From assembly GCF_006345805.1 (NCBI RefSeq), contig NC_043015.1, positions 496,001 to 560,000 on the forward strand: a stretch of 64,000 nt of DNA. Direction: 5' to 3'. The position numbers were made by a program, and so were the translations under genes. Below, in pieces: positions 53,741 through 64,000 of the stretch; the first letter of the stretch is position 1, and every line of letters starts with the position of its first letter. This DNA is from Octopus sinensis. Its lineage: Eukaryota. The notes under the pieces were generated by a model, which searched no databases, was not told the DNA's origin, and was given only the letters and a program-made list of their open reading frames with translations.

Positions 53741-54135
53741 TTTATACATATATATGCACACATACACACAGTGATACCAAATAGGAGTATTTAGTATGAA
53801 AGAAGTCAAGATCAAGTATGGTATTGAAATATATGTGCGAGCATATTTTTTGTGTTTTTCCTTTTAATTTTTTTTTCATTTAAGAATCTAATTGGTATCT
53901 AATATAACACACGGTACTAATGTGACAAATATTTGCATATATTTACTTACCGTAGACTAATGAAAACAGTGACTGTCATTTCCTTTCAGATATTTTCTAT
54001 TCTAATTCAATTAATTTAGATAAAAAGCTTTCGGCTCTTGATGATTTTGATTTCTCTTTGAAGGGATTGTTAAGTGTGCACTTAAATATGACATCATGAT
54101 TCTAGAAGTGTTTGAGAAATGATGGACCACAGTCA

Positions 54136-54192
<57 letters not shown>

Positions 54193-54692
54193 ATTATTAT
54201 TATTATTTATTTTTGTTTTTTAAAAATCGTTTGTTGTCGAATTGAGGGTAGCCCCGTCGGTAAGACGTGCAGTAAAATAGTTCGTGTTGTTTAGTTACGC
54301 TTCTTAATAGTCTGACTCCAAAGCCCATGAATGGGGAACTTTAACTTTCATCATTTGTGGGTCGATATGCGAGTAAATAAATATAAGGTTTTTTGTTGTT
54401 GTTGTGTAACACCAGGTCAGCCACAGTCGAGCAAAGTCCTTAACAAAATTATTTTATTCGTGACCATCTTATTTCATTAAGTGTTTAGGTTGAAGGACTA
54501 CATTATCAAATGCGCAAACGTGACGCTACTCTTTTGAAACATTAGGGTGTATTTAATGAAAATTTGTATATATATAATATATCTGACAGCTCGATGGTTT
54601 CACCCTAATATATCGAATACCTAAAGTAATTACTGGAGGTAACTTATCTGTAGCTTTATCTAGATTTATTTGTTAGGAGTAGAGTTTAAATC

Positions 54693-55133
54693 GGATCTTT
54701 CCGGTTTAAATGGCATTATTTTCTAGCGGTGTCATATGAAATTGTCACCCATAATTATGATCCAAGTATCGATCTATTGCATTTCAATCTATTTTAGGGT
54801 TACGGTTAGTTAGGGTTGGTTAGGGCTAGGGTTAGGGGTGGGGGGAAGGGTATCTCTTTTCTTCACAAATGTAAATAAACCCAATCAGTTTTTTACACGA
54901 GGGACATATTCATACAACACAGAATGTTGTTTACCTCAATGGACGTCAGTGATTGGTTGAAATTGCAGAAATTGAAGAAAAAAACAACAAATATCTTACA
55001 AAGTATAGAATTTTCTCAATAAAGCCAAGAGAAAAAGATGTTTTATAAACACATTCTACCAGTATACGAAGTTTGAAATTTTTTAGTTACCTTGAAATTA
55101 TGTTAAAAACTGCCGTTCAAACCGAAAAGATCC
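54693..55133. mobile_element. MITE with 23-bp TIRs and internal degenerate TTAGGG tract
   Basis: ggatctttccggtttaaatggca / tgccgttcaaaccgaaaagatcc; TTAGGG-like units at 54794-54838. Confidence 0.75.
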
Positions 55134-56006
55134 ATTAAAACTTTAAGTTCAACCTAAACTCTTACCTATCATATCCATCTCGAGAAATTGCTAGTTTCCG
55201 TACTGATATCAATAGACTTAGTTACATCTTGCGCTCAGTCGAATTGAGTGGCATGGTAGCAAGAATAAAATCTTAGATAGTCTATGACACCTACACATAT
55301 ATTCCTTCTTTCTAATATAGTCTGGGCCTAGTATGATACTTTCATTGATATCAAAGAAACGTTATCTCATTGACGTTATCACTGCATCATCCTTAATATT
55401 TCTTGTCATTTTCTCCCCTCTTTAAAATCAGTACACAGATGTACGCGTGGTTTAATGAATCTCTTTACACCCAGGTATTTTAATGCTTAACGTAAAAAAG
55501 CCAAAGCTTAGGTAACACTTCTTATATTTTTATTGCCCAGAAGATTTAGTTAACTCATTACGACAAAATGTTGATAACGTTTGAAGGATGTGCGTTGAGT
55601 CTGAACGAGTAAGGCGTGTCTGCGTTCTTCTACTCTATTCTACACAAGATAACAAGAAATTAAGAGAACAGAAAAAATGTGTTGACGAAGGGTCATCTAC
55701 GCATTTAATTGACCCGCTAACGCTATTAGTCAAACTCCGTGAAATCACATCGGTTTTTGTAAAACAGAGAGAACCGCCACGATAATATATTCTTTGAATA
55801 ATAAAAGAGTCAGTAATGATGATGAGCTGAAATCGCAATCCCGTTTTGGGCTGAATAGGACCAGAAGTTCTTTGAACGCTGAATCAGGAAGTTGCCTGAA
55901 AGATGGTCATCGAACAATATGAAAAATATATAATTTTTTATGTGAAATAAAATGACTTATTTCACACTAAAAATCGAAATTACTCTCTTGCCAACCGAAT
56001 AGAAAC

Positions 56007-56228
56007 AGGCGGCGAACTTAGCACGCCGGGCGAAATGCCTAGCGGTGTTTCGTTTGCTAGTACGTTCTGAGTTCAAATTCCGCCGAGGCCAACTTTGCCT
56101 TTCATCCTTTCGGGGTCGATAAATTAAGAAGCAGTTACGTGCTGGGGTCGATGTAATCGACTTAATCCGTTTGTCTGTCCTTGTTTGTCCCTTCTATGTT
56201 TAGCCCCTTGTGGGTAATAAAGAAATAG
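56007..56228 (+). mobile_element. SINE family N, long-tail variant
   Basis: Monomer ending ...gtgggtaataaagaaatagg. Confidence 0.9.
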
Positions 56229-56856
56229 GCACGAACGCACACACACACACATAGACACACAAATATATCAACAACAATGTAAGTGATGCCCGCAGTTGAA
56301 AGCCTTTTGAACTGGACATCTAGCGGGCTTCTATTAAACAAATACATCCACACAGTATTAAATCTGGTTCTGAATAGTAAATACAGTGGAGTTCAAGGCG
56401 GATCAATAGCAACTGGAAAGAATTTTGGTGAATGGTTCATTCTATGTCTGCATACTCTTCAACTAATTCCACCTGACTCAAAACATGGGGAAGAATGGAA
56501 TCTGAAACGTTAAAATTCTCCACGTACAAGCAAAGGTGTGGTGTTGAGTTCCGACTAACCAACAGTGTTAGGCCACGAAGACAAAAACAAAACAGGATAG
56601 ACGAAGATGACATATTTATGACCCGGTCTTCACCTTTAAAACTGGGTTATTATTGTGAAACGTGTCAGAAGAGCTCTACTGCACAGCGTCTTCACAAAGC
56701 CATAAAAAAGAACACACATACATACATAGATACGTACTTACAGTTTTTATCAACACGCTTACACACGCAAACTCACATACGTGTGTGGTGTGGTAAGATA
56801 TATATATGCATGTATGTATGTATGTATAAGAGTGGTGGTGAGTATATATATCTGTA

Positions 56857-56894
<38 letters not shown>

Positions 56895-57363
56895 CATAAA
56901 TATATATGTGTGTGTGGTGTATATGTGATGCATAAGAGTGGTGGTGATTATATATCTGTACCTACATGTAATCTATATATATATATATAATATATATATC
57001 TATATAGATATATATATATATATCTATATAATATATATATATATACATATATGCATATACATACTTATATGTGATATATATATAATATATATATATATAA
57101 ACACACACACCATATGTATATATATATATACTATATTTATATATTATATATTTTATATATGTAATACATGCGAGCCTATATATGTATTAGTATATTTTGT
57201 GTGTATGTGTGTGTGTGTGTGTGTGTGTCTTACATATTTGGATAGTTGTATTTAAACTACCTAGATAAACATTTATAGAAAATTTACCGAAACTGAGTAT
57301 AAATCACTAAGAAAGCATACGCACCCGCAAACATTCGTATCCCTCCCCTCCATGTATATATTA

Positions 57364-57418
<55 letters not shown>

Positions 57419-57677
57419 TATATATATATATATATATATATGTTTACAGGTAGATGAAAAGCGGAAGACTAAAAGGTGAGTGAATTTGCGATAGACACTG
57501 ACTCATATACATCGAAAAAAGAAACGAAAGAGGAGCCATAGGTTCGTAACGTCGGTCTTTCTGAGTCATAAAACGAAGTGTTTTGCTCAAGAATGCAGAT
57601 CTAGGAACCGAAAACAGAATTTTATGATCAAGTGTGCAACACCGTCACCATTAAGGCGCATCGACACAAATACACAC

Positions 57678-57724
<47 letters not shown>

Positions 57725-58105
57725 GTGTGTGAGTGCTTGTATGTGTACGTGGGTGTGTTTGCGTGTATGTGTGTGTATGAGAGGGTGAGAGAAAGAGGTA
57801 ATAGATAGATACGAGTCTATATGTACGTTCAAATGAATAATATATAAATGATTCAGTACGAATGTATGTACAGTTACCATAGATATATATGCACTCACAC
57901 ACACACACTCATATGTTTATATATGTATATATATATTTATATATGTATATATATAACACATATATATATATATAAATATATATATATGTATATATGTACA
58001 TATATAGATATATAAATATATATATATATACATATAAAAACATATATATATACATATACATACATATATATACATACATACATATACATACATACACACA
58101 CACAC

Positions 58106-58155
<50 letters not shown>

Positions 58156-58631
58156 GTATGTATATAAACCAAACAAGTCGATGTTAAAGAAAGAGGAAAA
58201 GGAACAAGAAAATACCTACAGTTGCAACAGAATTCACTAAAGTATGTTACTAAATGTCAAACCTATGTAGAATATGTAAACAGAAGGTATATTTTGATTT
58301 TTAGATGACAGAAAGAGAAAAAGGAAAATAAAGAAGTAACGGTAGTCTCCACTTTACTGTTGATGTCCCTGTTAGGCTGTAATTTCGGAGTATATCGTAT
58401 TTTTTAAAAAAAGAGCTTGTAAAGTGAAACATACATAAGACCTGTTGTTTGAATCTCGCTGTAGTTTGAAATGTAATTTGATATTCCAAGGTGGTATACA
58501 TTGTGTACCGTTCCTGCTCACGAACAATATAGCTCGCAGTGAAAATTCTTTGTTGTGTACATTAGCTTGTCTGTCTGTCGCTCTTACACACACATATACC
58601 TATATACGTATAAATACACAGATATATATAT

Positions 58632-58670
<39 letters not shown>

Positions 58671-60101
58671 TATAGTGTATATATAATATATATGTAAGTA
58701 TGTATATGTATATGTCTAAATATGTATATATATATATAATATGGATATATATATATATAATGTGCATATATGTATATATATAATGTATACATATGTATAT
58801 GTGTATATATATAGATGTATAATATATATACGTGATGTATAAGTTTTTACAAATATTTGCATTTATATACACTCTCTCCCTAGCGTGAGATTTTGAAATT
58901 GGGAACATTTCACACACTCAGCGACACAAACACAATTGCACATACCAGCACACACATGCCAACAAGTACACCTATATCTATGCAATTGTATGTATGTGTG
59001 TATGTATGTATGTATGTATGTGTGTGTATGTATGTATGTATGTATGTATGTTTGTATGTATGTTTGTGTATTTGTATGTATGTATGTATGTATGTATGTA
59101 TGTATGTATGTATGTATGTGTATTCATCTTTGCATATTCAATGATTTGACGTATAAACACCATAACATTTATCCATTCTTGTCTTGTCCTGCAACGGCCC
59201 TCATCCAGGAGGGGTTACGCCGGCTCGTATTCAGGACACCACGTTCTGGGTCAAGGCGGTCCACGCCCATCTGCCGGCAGCCGATTCTGTATCGTGTTGA
59301 AGCCATTCCCGATTCCAGCGGCCTAACAGCGTAGACGTAACATATGATTCATACATATATTTCTTCGAGCGACGTTTCAGCGGAATAATATCATTTGTAC
59401 GATTAAGATGTTAACATATATAATTCATTACGGAATGTAATGCTAAGATGTTAGCATTAATTGCTGATATATTTGCAACATCTCAGAAGATCAACTAAGC
59501 AGACGGGAACAAAGAAATATTCAGCAAACCCGAAAAAGTTCGAAGTTGAATGTTGCGATTGTACTATTTTACATTGCAACGAAGTGCAAAATATTCTCAC
59601 TTGAAATATTGAATGAATAAATAAAGAATCCCACTGCAAAATATGCAAATGCAAAGAAACCAATAATAACCTCATTTTTAATTTCTTTTTTGTTGTATCG
59701 AAAAAAGGTGTATATATGTATACATAGATGACTGAATTTGTTCTCATATTCTGGAAGCTATCCCAGTATTATGAAATAAGCACAGACAAAAATTGTTCAA
59801 ATATAGGCCATAAAATGACTTAGACAATTACAAGGTGGTCATCGGTACAGATACAATATATCAGACAACATGAGGTCATAATATTGTCAAACGATGTATT
59901 ATCTCCAACAGGCAACAACATACCTCTAAAATAGTGTGCGAAAAATTATCCAAGGAGAAAGAGCATGAATTAATCTGGTTGATATTTCTTTATTTGTTAA
60001 AGATAGTACTGTTCTTTCTTTTCCTTTTATTCAACTTGCCTAATTTAGCGTCAACAACCTGCTATATTTGGAATAGGTATAACTATAAATGGCATGGAGG
60101 C

Positions 60102-60527
60102 ACTCTTTTACTCTTTTACTTGTTTCGATCATTTGGTTGCAGCCATGCTGGAGCACTGCCTTTAGTCGAGCAAATCGACCCTAGGACTTATACTGTGTAA
60201 GCCTAGTACTTATTCTAACGGTCTCTTTTGCCGAACCGCTAAGTTACGAGGACGTAAATCCACGAGCATCTGTTGTCAAGCGATGTTGGTGGGGGGACAA
60301 ACACAGACACACAAACATATACACACACACACACATACATGTATATATATATACATATATAAACGACGGGCTTCTTTCAGTTTCCGTCTACTAAATCCAT
60401 TCACAAGGCTTTGGTCGGCCCGAGGCTATAGTTGAAGACACTTGTCCAAGGTGCCACGCAGCGGGACTGACCCCGGAACCATGTGGTTTGTAAGAAAGCT
60501 ACTTACCTCAGAGCCACTCCAGCTCCC
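60102..60527 (-). mobile_element. SINE family B
   Basis: Full structure on the minus strand. Confidence 0.9.
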
Positions 60528-61758
60528 GTAAATGTTCAAACAATCTATGAAAAATGCATACACAAATCTTAGAAGCACTCACAACCCGGAAATTCCCTTA
60601 CAAGAGTAGTGCATAAATTTGAAAGATTACATTCAACACCATGCAAAATTATATATAACAGTTATGTTGAACTAAACGCAGATGTGTAGTGAAATCGTAG
60701 TTGACAACCGACAAAAATATAAGCTTCTAGAGAATAATATATCCGAATAAATTTTGTTTGATGATACTCTTAAGATGGACAATAACCAAAGACATTTTGG
60801 AAAAATTTCTCTAAAATGGTGGACCAAGTTGATACTCCACTCACAATTTATGAATATTTGAATTGAGAACATATTTGTTCTAAATTCTCCCTCTTTTGAG
60901 TATGTAGTCATCATTTTTAAGCAAGTTATCGGTGGCATTAACTTTGGATAACTGCATAGAGGTAATAATAGAAAGCTACAAATTGGTAGGCCGTGCATAT
61001 GATGTGCAAATCCGTGAAAGTTGTATAACAATGACAAGATTCTGTACGAAGGCGAATGAGAAATTAATATTTTTACGGCGTAATTCAATTATTTTCGTCG
61101 CTACAAAATACTCAAAATAAATTGGATTGGATTTTTAACAATTAAATTCTAAAGCAAATCTTTAAGAAAATTTACAACAGTATATCCGGCTTTTTATCCC
61201 CACTCCAAATTACACCTTTCCCTCTCACCTCTCTCTGTTTCTCCTTCAATTCGTCCTCTCCATCCCCGCTCCCTTTTTATCTTGATTACTGTCCTAGCAT
61301 TCATTTATATTCCCCTCTCTCTGTCCTCGATATCTCACACATTGTATATTCATTCCTTTTCAATTATCCCCACCCCCTTTCCCTGTTTCTTTTATTTGCT
61401 AATCACACTGTTAATTTCAGTGGCTTCTTTGTGCAAGAAGTAATTCTTAACTAACTGATAATCTGTAAACTCATCTACTGAACAGGTAAACATATCTGTT
61501 CATGATTACACCTAAATCAAGAAATAGTAACCAAAATCCCACCTCAAAGCCAAACCGTATCCTTGTATAAAATGTGAAGCACATTGAGTAGGTTATTGTC
61601 CTTGATCTTCAATAAAAACAAAGGAGAGATAATCACTACCGGAACGCCGGATCGCCTTTATTAACAAATCTTCTCTGTCACGCCTGAATTCGGCCAATAC
61701 GTTGCTATTAACAATATAAATAATAGCTATACAAATAATAAAACACATATATATAAAG

Positions 61759-61839
<81 letters not shown>

Positions 61840-61850
61840 TAATAATGGTG

Positions 61851-61997
61851 AAGACGAAGAGCGCGATTCGATTGTAAAATATTGTATTAGTTGAACGATA
61901 TTAAGTGTCTTATTTCGAACTTGACAAAGACAGACGTACTGTTGAAATATCGTTCAACTAATACCATATCTTACAATTGAATCGCGCTATTCGTCTT
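61851..61997. mobile_element. Small MITE-like inverted repeat between two (AAT)n arrays
   Basis: About 52-bp arms 61851-61902 and 61946-61997 with about 4 mismatches. Confidence 0.75.
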
Positions 61998-62041
61998 GAC
62001 TGTTTACCTTTGTGAAGTGTTACGTGAATCCTTTTTTAAAG

Positions 62042-62107
<66 letters not shown>

Positions 62108-62540
62108 CAACAACTAACTAGAGTGTAAATACTTGGAAGTAGCCGCTGTCTTCTATTACTTAATGATATATTTAATTCACAAATAGCACGCTAGTCTTCG
62201 AAGCATGAATATAACTTAATAAAACTTGTTATCAAACATTATAAAACTTACTGCTGATCACAGTTGATGACAGTAGTAAATATAACGTTTATAAAATGTT
62301 AAACTACAGAAGTAGAGGCAACGATTGGAGTTATACGATTGCATGGAGTAAGTGTAAGAATTTGGCAACGAAGAAAAAATATAACTTATCATAGTTGAAT
62401 AGGAGAAATCTAAATTTCGAGCAGAAGATTCTGTATGGATGTGAAACGGTTAGAGATCATATATCTAAAAAGGAAAATAAAAAGACAAAAACCATAAATC
62501 AATCAAACTTGATCTTTGCGCTCTTCATTATTACTGTGAT

Positions 62541-63365
62541 GGCGGTGAGTTGGCAGAATCGTTAGCACGCCGGGTGAAGTGCTTAGCGGTATTTCGTCTG
62601 TCGCTACGTTCTGAGTTCAAATTCTGCCGAGGTCGAATTTGCCTTTCATCCTTTCAGGGTCGATTAAATAAGTACCAGTTACGCACTGGGGTCGATATAA
62701 TCGACTTAATCCGTTTGTCTCTCCTTGTTTGTCCTCTCTGTGTTTAGCCCCTTGTGGTTAGTAAAGAAAAAGGTATTTCGTCTGCCGCTACGTTCTGAGT
62801 TCAAATTCCGCCGAGGTCGAGTTTGCCCTCCATCCTTTCGGGGTCGATAAATTAAGTACCAGTTACGCACTGGGGTCAATGTAATCGACTTAACCGTTTG
62901 TCTGTCCTTGTTTGTCCTTTCTGTGTTTAGCCCCTTGTGGTTAGTAAAGAAAAAGGTATTTCGTCTGCCGCTACGTTCTGAGTTCAAATTCCGCCGAGGT
63001 CGAGTTTGCCCTCCATCCTTTCGGGGTCGATAAATTAAGTACCAGTTACGCACTGGGGTCAATGTAATCGACTTAACCATTTGTCTGTCCTTGTTTGTCC
63101 TTTCTGTGTTTAGCCCCTTGTGGGTAGTAAAGAAATAGGTAATTCATCTGTCGCTACGTTCTGAGTTCAAATTCCGCCGAGGTCGACTTTGCCTTTCATT
63201 CTTTCGGGGTCGATAAATTAAGTACTAGTGCGTAACTAGTACTTAATTTATCGACCCCGAAAGAATGGGGTCGATGCACTGGGGTCGATGTAATCGACTT
63301 AACCCCTTTGTCTGTCCTTGTTTGTCCCCTCTATATTTAGTCCCTTGTGGGTAATAAAGAGATAA
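62541..63365 (+). repeat. Head-to-tail multimer of SINE family N (4 units of 183-184 bp)
   Basis: Unit starts at 62588, 62772, 62955 and 63138; only the first unit is preceded by the A-box head. Confidence 0.95.
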
Positions 63366-64000
63366 GGACCGTTGGCAAGTGAGAGAAAATGCCTAGCGCA
63401 TTTCCTCCGTCTTTGCGCTCTGAGCCCATTATCCGCCGAGATCAAATTTGGTTTTCTTCACAAGGGGCTGATAAAATAAGTACAAGTTCAGCACTGGTAT
63501 CGAGATAATCCACTAACCCTCTCACCTGAAACATCAAGCCAGCGAGCTGGTAGGACCGTTAGCACTCCGGACAAAAGGCTCACCGGCATTCGGTCCATCT
63601 TTATATTCCGATGTGAAATTTGGTCGTAGTTGACTTTGCCTTTCATTATTTTGGGATCGATAAAATATGTCACACAACTCCTGAGGTTTGATGTAATCGA
63701 CATACCCTGCTCTTCAAAAACTATTCATTTTGTTCAAAAATGTGAAACCTTTTTCACTTCATCTATGACATTTCTAGAAAGAGGAAATTTATCTGAGAGC
63801 ATCGTAGACGCTGTTGTTATATCTTGCATTATTTGTATATTTCTATGCAACAATGAATGGAAAGACAATTAAAACGATGGAATCAAATGTCATAGAGTAG
63901 TTGTTCTGTATCATGTTCTGAGTTCATATAACACCGTGGTCACTTTTGATATTCATCCTTTCTGGGTTGATATTCTTACTACCAGTCAATTACTGCGGTC
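63366..64000 (+). mobile_element. Further degenerate SINE family N copies
   Basis: Decayed central domains at about 63400-63500, 63540-63720 and 63900-64000. Confidence 0.65.

Noticed and set aside
54794-54838. Chromosome end or telomere fusion
   Set aside because: Short, degenerate and enclosed within a TIR element.
59185-59215. Minus-strand ctggatgagggccgttgcaggac as a hammerhead
   Set aside because: Extra G in the core, mismatched stem II and no GAAA.
60560-61100. 138-aa minus-strand ORF, or a very old CR1 relic on plus (RGN-IESYKLVGRAYD)
   Set aside because: No recognisable domain in the ORF; the CR1 similarity is too short and misspaced to call.
62541-63365. CRISPR array or 61-aa repeat protein (ORF 62706-63080)
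   Set aside because: Contiguous 183-bp units without unique spacers, eukaryotic context, and units homologous to a dispersed SINE.

Overview
AT-rich eukaryotic genomic DNA, very dense in microsatellites and decayed mobile elements, with one 100-N assembly gap. The SINE families and the (TA)n/(CA)n/(AAT)n/(ATCT)n load resemble octopus (coleoid cephalopod) DNA; this is inferred from pattern recognition, not from a search. I find no intact protein-coding gene. Most ORFs in the supplied track are translations of microsatellites or SINEs. Recognisable coding relics are mariner/Tc1 transposases (including a D34D and a DD37D/maT-like copy), RTE, CR1 and R4/Dong-like LINE fragments, and a possible class A GPCR pseudogene. 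A few short splice-site-flanked segments could be exons of a long-intron gene, but they do not join into a model. Best leads: (1) a three-copy dispersed element with a minimal hammerhead-ribozyme-like motif whose core deviates from the canonical one; (2) fold-back elements in (TA)n tracts whose two arms share copy-specific variants; (3) a 183-bp head-to-tail SINE multimer with a recurrent junction and a perfect 33-bp fold-back; (4) head/body/tail module shuffling among tRNA-derived SINEs; (5) LINE 3' ends inserted in (AAT)n arrays. Coordinates were counted by eye, and ends of degenerate elements are approximate.
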